Notes: generated by a model from the sequence alone, not told the origin. Shown: positions 23,101 to 35,782, counted from the first letter of the stretch. The stretch is DNA of 64,000 nt from Antedon mediterranea (GCF_964355755.1 NC_092673.1:12248948-12312947); one strand, 5' to 3'. Program-made: numbers and translations.

Positions 23101-24748
23101 AAACAGAATGAAAACATAATATTGTTTTTATTAATTGCCGAAATCACCATTTTTGTTGTGCTTTACCATTGCGAAGTGAAGTGTGACATCTTCCTACTAC
23201 ACTAACTTTGCTGACATAAAGTCAATAGGCAAATTTACAGTATGCATAAATTTAGGGTCGAGTTATAGAATCACCAAATATCCGCAAACATATTTTGACG
23301 CACATATTTTGCATAGATCACTCTACTCACTCTGGTGATGAACTAAAATCTTTCTACCAGTTTAGTTGTTTGCTATGAATTATGGCTCCATAAGTAGAAC
23401 TACAAGTGATGACCAACGGTTACTATTTGATAAGCATTCTAAAATTTGATAAATATAATATGGAAAATAACGTCTATAAATTTATTATTAAATTTTTTTA
23501 GAATCGTGCTCTGAACCAAGAGTAATAAACTCAACTTTGATACCTGAGTGTACAAGTCCTCTCACTAAGCACAATTTGGACAAACGCTCTTACACTAAAC
23601 CTTGGTCAACTACAGGTCATCATATCCCAGGCCAAGGCATTTGGTCATTTCAGCACAAACATAAAGCCAAAGGCAGCTACTTTGTGGGGAAACTTCACGT
23701 GTATGACCGTGGTGGTCATATTGCAGAGCTTAGAGGCAACATAAGTGCAGCCAATAATATATTAGGAACTTTGCAAAAATCTAAATGGTTTGAAAAGCAC
23801 ACTCGAGCGGTGTTTATAGAGTGGACTTTATACAATGCCGATGTGAACTTGTTCTGCGTGTGTACACTATTGTTTGAAGTTCCCGGAACAGGAGCTCTCA
23901 TAGCATCCAGTGAGTTTCTTGTCATGAGACTCTATAGATTCACATCCAAGCTACAAATGTTTGTGTTGGTTCTTGAAATTTCCTATATTTTCGTACTTGT
24001 ATTTATGATGTACAAAGAAGTTTCCCGATTTTATCAGCGTGGTTTGAAATACTTTAACACATGGAGCATTTTAACATTATGTAACATTACATCCTCCTTA
24101 ATTGCAGTTGTGCTTTACAACATTCGTTTAGCACTTGCAAACATAGCCCTTGAACAAATAAACAAAACAACAAATATTTTTATAAGCTTTAATGATGTAG
24201 CAATACATCACCAAGTGTTTGGCTATGTAATATCAATTGTTGTTGTTGGTACTACTCTCAAATTGTTAAAAATGCTACGCTTCAACAACAGCATATTTCT
24301 CATGAGCAACACGATATCTAAAATTTCAGCAAATGCATTCAGCTGTTTCTGTACAATTAGTATCGCAATGATGGCATTCGCTACATATTCATATCTAATT
24401 TTTGGGCCCATCATTTACGATTTTAGTACCCTGGTTAGCTGTTTGGAAAACATAGCTGTCATCATGGTAGGTGGTTCTGAAGTGATGGAAGAGGTATATT
24501 ATTATTTTCCATTGATCGGGTCACTCTTTTTTGCACTTATTACACTGACATTTGCATACGTTCTTTTAAATGCCTTTGTGGCAATGATGTTGGATGCTTT
24601 CACTGAAATAAAGCATGGCTTCATTCCTTGCCCTGACAAAGATATCATTTCAATGCTAGTGAACAGATTTTACTCATTATTAGGGATTAGACGACCTCAA
24701 ATTAGGCTACAAGAAAACGGTGATTTACTGAAAGTGAACAATGAATAA
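11009..24748 (+). CDS. PKD1L2: Polycystin-1-like protein (PKD1L2/REJ/LOV-1-like), 3' part, about 1350 aa from 10 exons
   Basis: Phase-compatible GT-AG exons: 11009-11117, 11216-11476, 12454-12634, 12854-13254, 14668-14898, 15119-15399, 16212-17158, 17589-17842, 18779-18920, 23502-24748. Motifs include GPS (CLYW..W..DGC..C.CSHLT), TM1, PLAT (YHVTIFTG..VWHDNSG), FTRLQR, RLRQLRV and the channel-domain TRAVFIE. Paralog assignment is tentative. Confidence 0.9.
11216..11476 (+). CDS. PKD1L2: PKD1-like exon (GAIN region)
   Basis: tttAG / GTattt boundaries; AILVNKVPGEKP motif. Confidence 0.8.
11757..12246. mobile_element. MITE with about 40-bp TIRs (possibly PIF/Harbinger-related)
   Basis: AGTGAGCTTTTGCAACCTTACGAATACG versus the reverse complement of the right end, AGGGAGGTTTCGCAACCTTACGAATACG; AT-rich flanks. 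Confidence 0.75.
12454..12634 (+). CDS. PKD1L2: PKD1-like exon (GAIN region)
   Basis: NPFIWD..VTSQVTSLEL; donor GTAAGT. Confidence 0.85.
12578..12738. repeat. Exact 80-bp tandem duplication spanning an exon/intron boundary
   Basis: AAACTATTGAC...CCAGGTAAGT...TGGCTAC occurs at 12578 and again at 12658. Confidence 0.95.
12854..13254 (+). CDS. PKD1L2: PKD1-like exon (first half of the GPS motif)
   Basis: ANCLYWNTEVEQWNTDGCQ; tttcAG / GTaaaa boundaries. Confidence 0.9.
13266..13680 (+). mobile_element. 3'-truncated copy of the non-autonomous Helitron at 34074-34786
   Basis: About 400 bp colinear with 34074-34540. Confidence 0.75.
13830..14474 (-). mobile_element. 5'-truncated Penelope-like element: GIY-YIG endonuclease end with inverted pLTRs
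   Basis: ORF 14056-14394 reads VIYQI..C..VYIGETAR.L..RIKE..SAI..H..W...ILG.E....R.IKESI.I. About 105-bp inverted repeats lie at 13830-13935 and 14368-14474. Confidence 0.85.
14668..14898 (+). CDS. PKD1L2: PKD1-like exon (GPS cleavage site HL|T and TM1)
   Basis: VGVLTTENVLHCQCSHLTFFGGSFFVLPN...WARRKD; absent from the ORF track but open and in phase. Confidence 0.9.
15119..15399 (+). CDS. PKD1L2: PKD1-like exon (PLAT domain)
   Basis: YHVTIFTGMRSGAGTSA...VWHDNSG. Confidence 0.9.
16212..17158 (+). CDS. PKD1L2: PKD1-like exon (end of PLAT, TM2-TM5)
   Basis: HLWFSV..P.SSFTRLQR, LPWW, YGLKYG. Confidence 0.9.
17589..17842 (+). CDS. PKD1L2: PKD1-like exon (start of channel domain)
   Basis: YRPPP...ILREF; canonical splice sites. 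Confidence 0.85.
18779..18920 (+). CDS. PKD1L2: PKD1-like exon (TOP domain)
   Basis: LVGTVRLRQLRV motif. Confidence 0.85.
19724..20180 (-). mobile_element. Chimeric SINE: 5S rRNA head, tRNA-like segment, Deu/Nin-like body, (TACCTT)n tail
   Basis: Minus strand: 5S-like 20180-20067; A-box TGGTGTAATGG at 20051-20041; body GTCCTTCGGATGGGATGTAAAGCCG...GCACGTTAAAGAAC...CGAAAAGAGTAGGGG; tail CCTTTACCTTTACCTTTA. Confidence 0.75.
20067..20180 (-). pseudogene. 5S rRNA-derived sequence (SINE head, not a functional 5S gene)
   Basis: CACCGGTTCTCGTCAGATCACCGAAGCTAAGCAACGTTGGGCCCGGTT...ATGGGAGACCG...GGGTGCTGTA matches metazoan 5S with indels; there is no oligo-T terminator. Confidence 0.85.
20780..21965. 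mobile_element. Foldback/MULE-like MITE with modular TIRs
   Basis: About 160-bp TIRs built of 16-bp GTCAA(G/C)TCGGCC units; 8-bp TSD GTTATAGC (20772-20779, 21966-21973). Confidence 0.85.
23502..24748 (+). CDS. PKD1L2: PKD1-like last exon (polycystin cation-channel domain)
   Basis: YDRGG...TRAVFIEWTLYNADVNLF, TM segments, LLNAFVAM; stop at 24748 with AATAAA downstream. Confidence 0.92.
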
Positions 24749-25964
24749 GAAATGTAGATAATTTGGTTGTTTATATTTCAAAATAATAATAATAATTCAT
24801 TCAATCTTTTATTTCGGAATCTCTGGTCCATAGAAAGTAAAATTACATATAAATGAAATAAAAAATAAACAAGACTAATTACTACTACTCATCTCAGGAT
24901 AATAATAATACTCATTTAAGTTCATAAATTATGTTAAATTCAAAATAAATAATTACAATAGATTGTTAATTGCAATATTACACTGTTTAGTGTTTAGACC
25001 AAAACAGTATTCATTTGATCATTTCTAAAATAATAGTGGAATTATTACTTTCTTTATTTGTACAAACTGTTGTATTCACAAATTGCCTGTTTTTTTTATA
25101 AATATAATATGATATATATAAAATTTGTTGTTTATACATTCCATTGTATAAATTAAATTAAATATCTGTTTTATGTAATTAATCAATTGTATATTTAAAG
25201 ATTGAAATAAAGTTGATACATTGTGTTTGACAATAATATAATTAGTACTTTAGTCATAGCTACAGATTCGATATACCAAAGAAACAATCTGAAATAAACC
25301 CCTGTTGATTATTGTGATTATTTTTTGGGGTACAGTAATTGTGGTTTTTAGTTTTGGGTGCCAAGTACTAGAATACTGCTAAAGAATAGGTGTGGTAGGT
25401 TAAAAGTTGTAAATTTCTTCTGTTGTGTTTCTATTTTTAACGTTACTGTCTGTATACTGATCACCCAGTATCAAGAAGAATTTAAATAAAATAAAAAATT
25501 AAAAAAACGGCTCAATGTAACTTTCATTAATTAGGTGATCATTTAGAATAAAATGATCACCAATTGTTATTGTATAAATCTTTATTCTTGTTATTTAATT
25601 CTTTCTGTAGAAATTTTGTGTACCGATTATCTAAAAAACTTGAATCTCAATGGTTTTTAAATTTTCACAATATCTGTGTCATAATGAGATATACTCTGTA
25701 ATATCATGTACACATTTGATGTACAAAATGTTATGACGTCATGAATACCACCTGAATATTAAAAATAGTGTTTTTTGTCCCTTTTTCATAGACAATCAGT
25801 CAATAGTGCGCATCTCTGTTATCTGTGCCGATTTTTTTTCTCCAAATTTTAATATATGCTTGCTCAATCAATTATCTTTCTCATGAATTGCCTTGATGTT
25901 TATAAGTTATTATGAAAGCTGCTGAAATGTAGATATAAATTCATATAAGAATTTTTGTCTTGGT

Positions 25965-26240
25965 TCAAAAGCTATTTGGATGGTAGACGTCAACGTGTAG
26001 TTATCGATGGCGAGGCATGGCGTGTCTTCCCATTCACTCCGTGTTCCTCAGAGGTCAATTCTTCAATTGTCTTATGTTTGCTGACGATTTAAAAATAACG
26101 ATTATGAAGATGCTGAACAACTTCAGGGAGACCTTACCTAAATTTAAACCCTTCTAAGTGCAATATTTTGTCTTTTACTTTAAATAAAAATAAAATTGTT
26201 TATGTCCATTTCGTCGACAACATTAAATTAATTGCTGTAG
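25965..26240 (+). pseudogene. Degenerate CR1/L2-type reverse transcriptase fragment
   Basis: Traces of SYLDGRRQRVVIDG, VPQ.S and MFADDLK. Confidence 0.6.
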
Positions 26241-26696
26241 AGGTAAAAAAAAACCACTCCCAGTAGTAAAACTAAACATTACATTTGTAAACAAAGTCAA
26301 ACTTAGCAAAGGTAAAGTTGATAGTGACAAATACAACGCTAGTATTCATGATGACTGTTATAAAAACAAAATTAAAAGAAAAGGGAAAAATTTTATAAAA
26401 ATAAATATATAAAACCCCTAACTAATAAAGAATAAACTTATGGGATGTTTTTGTTGTTTATACATAGATACACTGTAGTACTATTTATTTATTTATTTAT
26501 TTGGAATTACACCTTTAGATCGGTGGCACACTTAGCAAAAAGGTGCATCCTTTACAATAACAATATAAAATATAACAATTAACAGAAAAGTAAAAAGGCA
26601 AAAGCAACTATTAACCCCTATCCTACCCCCCCCCCCCCCCCCAATTTACATCAATACATACAGTAGATCATTACTTTATACAAATGAATACAAAAC

Positions 26697-28273
26697 AAAC
26701 TAGAAAGCCACTCCGAGAGGGCATACCTCCACCTACTGTAAAATTCTCCTACATAAGATTTCACCGGTAAAAAAAAAATATATATATATATATTTGTGTG
26801 TGTCTTAATGCTGTTTGTGATTTAGGCTAATTTCATTACAAGCATGTGTATGCGAGTTTGGTGTAATGGTTATGTAACAAGCCTTTCAGTTAACAATAGC
26901 TTCAGTTGACTAACAATAGAACAGCAATGCGAAAATCAAACGAGTGAATTTGAAAAGAAATAGGTTTTTTAAACTACTCGCATCAAAAAATGTGCACATT
27001 AAATCAAATTATGTTTTAAAATTACAAATCACAAATCATAACTCTTGCATCTTGTTCAAAAATTTTAAAGTTTTTTGGACAAGTAGTTCTCGAGAAAATG
27101 CAATTTTAGTTTACTTGTTAGAGTAAGACTGCTCGCCGGCTTTTGAAAAATTCTGTCCTATCCTTTAACACTAGCAGGTCTAAAAAAGTATACTAAAAAG
27201 TGGTCCAGAATTGGGACTGTGGTCCCAAATGGTCCCAAAATTTAATGGAATGGTCCTTGACCACATATCTATCTGTCTATTCATTTTGGTAAAGATCTTG
27301 TAATTACTTTTTGAGTAATCCTGCTAACAAACAAATGAAAGCACTCAGAAACTGAGTGAAATACTTGGCAAAATATATCCACTGACTCGGAGCATGTTGA
27401 AAGATACATTTTTTTTGCTTTAGGTATTAGCTTTACATTGTTAAAATCCTGCTGGGGTTAATAATTTGTTTAAATAATATTTTGATACAAACAACTCCGG
27501 CATTGCAACAATGACCTTTCTAAAATCAAGATTGACCAGAATAATAATCGAGGAGTGTCTTGAAGCTGTACCGATTTGCGGCGCCTCTGCCTTAACCCAT
27601 GTAGTAATATATCAATTTACCTGAAAATCAATAGGCATGTTCTGTAAGTATATACCTGATGAAATAAGGAAGGACACACGCTGGTGCTAACAAAACTACT
27701 TATCAACTTACAATAGTTTAATTTGAATAACAATAGAACAGCAATGCCAAAAACAAACGGGTGAATTTGAAAAGAAATAGGTTTTTTTAAACTACTCGTA
27801 TAAAAAAGCTGGTACACTGAATCAAATTTTGTTTTAAAATTAAAAATCACAATTTATAACTCTTGCCTCTTGTACAAAAATGATGTTTTTTGGACAAGTA
27901 GTTCTCGAGAAAATGCAATTTCAGTACACTTGTTACTTTAAGACTGCTCGCCGGGTTTTGAAAATTGTCTCCTATCTTTTAACACTAGCCGGTCTGAAAA
28001 TAATATCATTTTTGTTATTTGTGAAGTTATTAATAAACCAATTCTGTTGATTTTCAATAGGCATGGTCTGACAATATATACCTATCTACACCCAAAAATT
28101 CAGAACGATAACTTGAAAACTGTAGGCGCTATCGTGCTAACAAACAAACAAACATACAAACATACAAACATACATACAAACAAAGTGAATACTATACTTG
28201 GCAAAATTCTTTTTTGCCAAGTAACAAACAAACACATGCTACCGATTACATATACCTCCTTGGCGGAGGTAAA
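26697..28273 (-). mobile_element. HINE of the same family as 8947-9550, containing a nested HINE
   Basis: Shared ends AACTAG..ACCTCC(G/A)CCTACTGTAAAATT and ACCTCCTTGGCGGAGGTA; (AAAC)n; A-box remnant TGGTGTAATGG at about 26858. Confidence 0.7.
27331..28224 (-). mobile_element. Second HINE family nested in the (AAAC)n tract of the outer HINE
   Basis: Hairpin CACTCAG-AAA-CTGAGTG; ATACTTGGCAAAA at both ends; terminal palindrome ACTTGGCAAAA..TTTTGCCAAGT; (ACAA/ACAT)n. Confidence 0.6.
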
Positions 28274-28304
28274 ATATACTAAAAGTGTATTGTATGTATC
28301 ATTT

Positions 28305-31300
28305 TGACTACGAGAAGCGATGCGAGTAAGACGTGTCGAATAATCGCTCCTGGAAATCAAACATTTCACGTGTCACACCAGCTGAATGCATTGTTACACA
28401 TAGTCGCAACCTACGTTTAATTGTTCATTTACCTCCTCAAGGAATTTTGTTTACTCGATTCCAGTGTTTTATTTGCCCGCAACATGGGCGGTGGTAAGCC
28501 AAAAGGAGGACGTCGTAACCAAAAAGAGGCTGAAGGAAAAGGCATCCCTTGCCTTGAAGATAAGTTAGATAAGTCCAATTGCGACATAGACTCTAAGGAA
28601 ATCGTTGGTATTATCCAATCTGAATTGAAACTCTTATTTGATGGCAAATCGGACATATTGGATAACTTAGCGAAACAAATAACATCGATGATCAAGGACC
28701 AACTGGCTGAGCATATTATGCAAATTGTTAGTAAAGCCACTATGGATGCTCTTAGATTTGAACTTGACGAGTCGAATGATCGCATGAAGAAAATGGAACA
28801 GGAAATCGAGGACATTAGGGAATCACTGGATGAAAGTGAACAATATTCCAGGAGGAACTGTTTGGTGATACACGGACTGGAGGAGAAAGTAGGTGAGAAT
28901 ACAGATAATTATTGTTACACAATTATTTAGTTCTAAGATGAACCTTACGGTGAATCATAATGACATTGATAGGAGTCACAGACTAGGCCCCAAGAAACCA
29001 AGTAACGGCAAGCCCCGGGGAGTTATTGTGAAGTTTGCTCAATACAATAAAAGAAATGAAGTTTATAAAGCAAAAAGAAAACTGAAAGGTACCGATACCT
29101 TTATACACGAGAACCTAACAATGAAAATTGTTAAGAACCATCAAAACGCAGCATAATTCCGCCTTGACCGCAGTCTGGACCCAAGATGGACGCATACATG
29201 TACTAACTAAGAATAATAAGAAGATTGTCGTAACAAAATTTTCCGATCTCAACAAACTGCATTCCACCTAACTTACCGTGTGGTATTACATTGAATGTGA
29301 AATTGTGAGATTTCTTGTTTTTGCCCTGAAACCAGAATTTTAACTATTGTATAAATTATAGACTGCATTAATTGTTTGGTGTGTGTGCTTTATTGCGATG
29401 CTTTATATTGTAAATTGTGTTTTTTTTTATTATTGTATTGCTAACCTGCCGGTTTTTAGTCATTTAGTTGAACGCCATTTTGCTTAAAAGCTTTGGTGAA
29501 TTGATTGTATTTTGTTCTTTTTTCCAATACTACTTTATGAGCACGACTCAATATGAAAATAAATCGAGTCCTATACATTCCATAGATTGCTTTGAAAGTG
29601 ACGAGGCTGGTTTATGCAAATATTTCACTCCAACACAACTTAATGAGCTACAGACGCAAATTGATAACAATGGTATCTTTAAAACGTTACACATGAATGC
29701 ACGTAGTCTTCCAAAACACTTCGACGAAATTAGCATTCTGTTAGATACCATAGGTCGTGCGTTTGATGTACTTGGCTTCTCGGAAACCTAGATAAATAAG
29801 AACACGCCAATTGACTTATTAAATATCAATGGATACAATATGTACACCTGTAATAGAGAAGGTAGAGTCGGTGGTGGAGTTTGTCTATATTTAAAAGAAC
29901 AAATCAACACCGTAACACGTGATGATTTTGTATTTAATGATAACTCCATTGATTCACTTTTTCTAGAAATAATAAACACAAACGGCAAAAATACTATTGT
30001 AGGTATGTTGTATCGACCACCAAATTCAAACGTCAACTCATTTAACTCTGATCTGGAAGAAATCTTACATAAACTTAATCGCGAAAACAAAAACTGCTAT
30101 ATCTTAGGAGATTTTAATCAAGACTTATTAAAATAAGACATTCAAAAAACAACACAGGAATTCACAAACATTATTTACTCAACATCTTTTAATCCATTAA
30201 TTAACTTACCCACCAGAATAACATCGTCTTCGGCTACAATTTTAGATAATATTATTACAAATGATAACATTTCGCATTGTGGAGTAATAGTCAGACATTA
30301 CCGATCATCTACCCATTTTCATGACAACACACCTGTCATTAAATACTAACACACAAGCTCCAATTACAAAACAAAAAATAATTAATGATACAACATTAAA
30401 TAACTTGCTTATTGCTATTTCTAATGAGGATTGGGGTGAACTATATTTATGCACAGATACCAATACATCATATAACCTATTTAACATACCTACAAAAAGT
30501 AATAAGCCAAATGGTAATACAAAGAAAAACCCATGGATCACAACAGGAATTTTGATTTCAATAAAAAAGAAAAATAAACTTTATAAAAAATACCTTCAAA
30601 ACCCAACACAATTATTAAAACAAATATATAAAAAGTACAAAAACAAATTAACTCATTTAATTAGAATTCTGAAAAAACAATATTATTCCAAAAAACTGGA
30701 TGCGGCTCGACACGATTCAAAGCAAACATGGAAAGTTTTAAATGAAGTTCTAAATAGAAAAAAATCGAGTGTTAGGCCAAATGAGGTAATTAACCATAGT
30801 AATAAAACTTTGGTATGTGATCCAAAAGGTATGTCTGACGCTTTTAATGACTTCTTCTCCAACATTGGAAATGAATTAGCAATACCAAATGTAAACAATT
30901 CTGACTTTAAACAATATATGAAAGAGAGTCAATCCTAATCTATATTTTTCAATCCTACGAATGAAGAAGAGGTTATTGAAATAGTTAGTCAAATAAAAAA
31001 TTCAAATTCAGAAGGTGTTGATAACTTAAGTAATCGAATTCTAAAACATATTATTGCTGCTGTGGCATCTCCTCTTGTACATATCTTTAACCTCTCTCTT
31101 GAGACAGGCATGGTCCCTGATAGTATGAAAGTAGCTAGACTAGTTCCAATTTTTAAATCTGGCAAAAAAAGTGACGCCAATCTCTATTCTGCCTACCGCT
31201 TCAAAAATTCTTGAAAAAATTCTTCAAATTAGAGTGAATAATTATATCACAAAGTTTAACATCCTTAATAATGCACAATATGGTTTCAGAAAAAACAGTT

Positions 31301-32567
31301 CTACTTTTATGGCCGTTATAGATCTGGTTGAACGAATAACCGATGTGCTTGATAAATTGTTTAGAAACTATATTAGTGGAAGGAAACAATTTACGTCTAT
31401 TGATAACACAAGTTCGTGTTTGATGGATATAAATTGCGGTGTACCACAGGGTTCAATTCTGGGGCCTCTACTTTTTATTTTGTACATTAACGATGTATTT
31501 AATTGCTCAAACTCGTTATCTTTTGTTTTATTTGCTGACGACACAAACATATCTGCATCTCACGAAAACTTGGATACGCTCATAGATCTAGTTAATGGTG
31601 AACTAAAAAATGTTTCGGATTGGTTCATGTGCAATAAACTATCAATCAACGTTAAAAAAACTAATTACATAATTTTCCGCAATCAGCGAAATCCAAGTAA
31701 ATTAGAGAATGTAAATATTTATGTCAACAATAAAAGAATAGATAGAGTTAAATCGACTAAATTCCTTGGAGTACATATTGATGAATTTCTCACATATAAG
31801 AATCACATCAATGTTACAGCTAGGAAAATATCTCGATATGTAGGCATACTATATAAAGTAAGACATTTTTTACCAACCTATGCTCTCTGGACAATATACA
31901 AATCACTCATTGAACCAGTATTAAATTATTGCAACATAATATGGTGTAGTACATTTCCAAGTTATCTAGATGAGTTATTTAAACTCCAGAATAGGGCATT
32001 ACGAGCTATAACATGGTCAAAGTTTAATGATTCAATGACCGAATGTTTCTATAAATTTAAACTTCTTAAAATTGCGGATATCAATAGGTACCAAATTGGG
32101 CTTTTCATGTATAATGTTACTACTAATCAGGACGTGCGTTTTTCATCGCTCTTTATTAAAAATGGTTCTTACCATTATTATAATACAAGATCTAAAGACA
32201 AAATGAGACTCAGAAAACGTAATCGTACTTCTACTAGTTTTACTGTGTCATGTGTGGGACCTAAATTGTGGAATGACTTGAATTACGAACTACAAAGTAC
32301 CAAATCAATATTTATATTTAAATCATTGTTTAAAGAACATTTATTATCATTTTACAAATAATTTTAAAATAATACTTGTTGCAGGATTTAGCTTTTTTTA
32401 TCATTTATGTTTTAGTTTTAGGCTAGTTAGGGACGTAGGGGGACACAATTAATCAAGCTCTTTTGAGTTTTTATGTGTTTCCTTTTCATTTTTTTTTTTA
32501 TGTTCTCATATATTGTTGTATATTTTCATGATTGATGATGAATAAAGAATATTTGAATTTGAATTTG
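28305..32567 (+). mobile_element. Near-full-length, decayed L2/CR1-group (Crack/Daphne-like) LINE
   Basis: ORF1 28484-~29270 (EQYSRRNCL, IDRSHRLG, IVKF; frameshifted). ORF2 ~29537-32361 with APE (NARS, SET, GGGV, YRPP, GDFN) and RT ([15 protein letters not shown]), broken by stops and deletions. AATAAA and a (TTTGAA)n tail. Confidence 0.92.
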
Positions 32568-34073
32568 TATTAAATAAAATCACCTGACTAAACACAGGTT
32601 ATTACGTAAACCCACCAACCCCCTCACCCACCCCTTTTCAATTTACTTAATGTAGCAATGTTGATAACATAGTATATACCACCATGCCAGGTTCTATGAA
32701 TCATTAGAGACCTGGGTTGGAACAAACTACTGAGTATTAATTAATCAATGTGATTGTTTTGTGATTAGAAATTATAATATAAATATTGAACCCGGATACC
32801 ACATATCTTTGCACCAGTAGTAACGTACTGTACTGTTACTACAGGAAGATTTTTGTAACAATATAGACACATTATTAAGTTATAATCTAAAAACATAATA
32901 ACCTAATATTAATATTTATAAATTTGTTATAAATGTAATATCTCAAGTATATGTAGTGTTTCCCATGAAATGCAGTACCTCAAATGTACAGATGTGTAAA
33001 AAGTAAAAATGTTTATGGAGGGCAAAACAGCATAATTATGGCAGTAATTTTAAAAGTCTTGAAACTGACAATTACATCTGAATACATTATACACTTTAAG
33101 AACTGTAGTAAAGATCATAAGTTTATTAGAAAAAGAACAAAATCAATCTTTTACAATTGTTTAAGATAGAAAATAAGTAAACAGATATATTAAATATCAA
33201 TGGGTAGACATAATGACTTAACAAAAACAATTATAAAAGGTAAACAATATGTTTGTAAACAGTTGATATAACAGGAAATAATGTTAAAGGGTAGGCAATA
33301 CATATAAACAATCTTTTTTTTAATGTTTAAAAAAACAATCTGAAGTTATTGAATAATGAGGAATAGAAACAAATATGAATAATACGTTTAACAATGATTA
33401 AATAAATTAATGTTAAAATAGGAACTAATTAAAACAGCAATAATTTGAAAATAGTGTTGTATGACATACACTTTTAATGTTATAATTATTATGTACAATG
33501 TCTTGTAAAGAAGTGTAATAAATGAAGAAATAAAGTGGGATGAACCAAGAAAGGAAAAATATACATTATAAGTAGAAATTTTCGAAAGACCAGGTATCAC
33601 ATTATACTGTTTTCCAAAGATATATTACACCTTTTTTACACTTAACTATCAATTTTTATGGTAAATTGGTTTTTTTTTAATTGTTCTTGTACGTAATACA
33701 ACAATTTCTTTTAAAAATAGTATTAAAATATTGTATTAAAAAAATTCAAATGGCTCCAAAATTGAAAAGCTCTACTGAAGGGCATTCTATGTCCAATGCT
33801 ACAGAACGGAGTCTAGGAATTGTGTGCCGGTATATTCCTTTTTAAAATTTATTCAAATGATATATATATTTGAAATTTGACTTTCGCGATTTCCAAAACT
33901 TTCAGGAGTGGGAGAATTCAGATGTAGGGATGAGATGAACAACTTTTTTTTACATGGCCTTATTCCATTTATTTTTTATAATAATTTATGTTAAAAATAT
34001 ACAATCACTTGAAAATTATCACAAACTATTTTGTACACTATTATATATTACACATATAACTGTATAGAGTTCA

Positions 34074-34786
34074 TCTATATATAAATTTACGTAAGGGCAA
34101 AATTCGGTAAATCGCGCGTTATTTCTAGAATGTTTACTCGATGGTATATAAAGTTGGTTAGAACTCTCGGTACTGATTTTAACCACCTGATGTAACCCTG
34201 TTTACTAATTAAATTGAGTTAGATAATTAGTTATTGACAATTAAAACGAATTTAGGTTCAACGATTTGCCCCAAATAGGGGCGTTTTTCGATCGTGGTAT
34301 ACACTGTCTAATGGATGTCCGTCTTGAAAAATACCCACAGACAATAATACGAGGATGCTTCGCATTTTCCTATCTCCTCCTACGATAATTGTTTTTAATG
34401 GCTGAAAACCGGTTGAACAGCTCGAGTACAGCATCATAATGTTGAAGACAGGCCGCTTTTCTTTAAAAAATACTATTTTGATAGATTTAATATACGTTTA
34501 TACAAATTTATTGATTTGCGATGAATGGAATATTCCAATCTTTGTTCCACAAGTGTCTATTCCCTCAGGCGTCGTAAAGGCAAGTACTGTATACTCATAA
34601 CAGAAATTCGATCCATTTTTTTTTCAATCTGTGCTGCAGAGGTTGGATATAATTTTTTTCTAACGGATAATGAGCTACCCACAGACAATAATACGAGGAT
34701 GCTTCGCATTTTCCTATCTCCTCCTACGATAATTGTTTTTAATGGCTGAAAACCGGTTGAACAGCTTGAGTACAGCATCTTTCTAG
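34074..34786 (+). mobile_element. Non-autonomous Helitron
   Basis: 5'-TC start, CTAG-3' end, inserted between A and T, with a subterminal GC-richer hairpin remnant; second copy at 13266. Confidence 0.75.
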
Positions 34787-35434
34787 TTACAAAAATTCAT
34801 CAAAATACCTTATAATTCCTTGTTATTTTACAGAAGATACAATTACGTTTTAACATTTGTAATAATTATGTTCCATATACTGATATTTTTTTGAATAAAA
34901 TATTATTCTGGTTTTCCTGGGAAAATGTTTTGAAATAATTTGTAATATATGGAGAATCGAAAACTATTTATTATTTTATAATTTTGTTTACAAATTACTA
35001 CAGGTACAGTATATTATTGTATTTTACAATCATGTATTTCATTTAATTTCATTTAAATTTCAAGGAAAAAAAAAACATTTTTGTTTTTTTTTTCGTATAT
35101 TGGTAATGTTTGTTTTCTAAACCTAAGCAGTTTACATCCGCGTTATTTGTTAGGGCTGAGGTGAGAAAATGAACTACAAATAGTAAGCCAGAAATTTCAC
35201 TCTTCTTATACTAACAATCACGGTAGTGGTAGGTAGGCTCAACATCAAGTGCACATTTCGGGAGGTGGAATTAAATTAGGAAATGACATTTAGCTGCCTC
35301 ATTGTTTTACATTGTTCTTTCCATGTTTTTGTTTGGCAAAAAAATAATAATGATAGTTTGTGAAAAAAAATTGAATGTATAATAAATAATCTGCGCACAA
35401 AACATATACCTATATTCAATTTATATTAAATGAA

Positions 35435-35782
35435 TTATTGCACAATTTTTCCTTGTGAATCACGAATTGGTAAAGGATGAGCTTCCGTATTAAATACATA
35501 CTTATCAAAAGAAATCAAGTTCTCATCGTCACTAAATAATAAGAAGAAGTATTTTAAGGTTTCTCCTAAAAAGAAGCTTTCCATTTTGTCGCGAATTCCT
35601 GGATCTTTCACATTCTGAACATTCCCTATTGATGAATAGCCATGGGGTAGTTTTGTATGCTTTTCAAAGGCTTGAAAGATTTCCCATCCCCATTTTCGGT
35701 AGATTTCATCACCTGTAATTCGATACATATATAGCAGACTTTCGACAGTCTCTGGTCTCAAAAGGTTGTGTGCATCAGCAGG
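35435..35782 (-). CDS. MAN1B1: MAN1B1 exon 10 (last coding)
   Basis: [16 protein letters not shown]...[11 protein letters not shown]...NTEAHPLP, then stop. Confidence 0.95.
   Translation of the reverse strand, partial: PADAHNLLRPETVESLLYMYRITGDEIYRKWGWEIFQAFEKHTKLPHGYSSIGNVQNVKDPGIRDKMESFFLGETLKYFFLLFSDDENLISFDKYVFNTEAHPLPIRDSQGKIVQ

Noticed and set aside
28429-31550. Minus-strand ORFs over the LINE (similar cases occur over PKD1-like exons and 51289-54276)
   Set aside because: Antisense shadows of real coding frames with no independent motifs.
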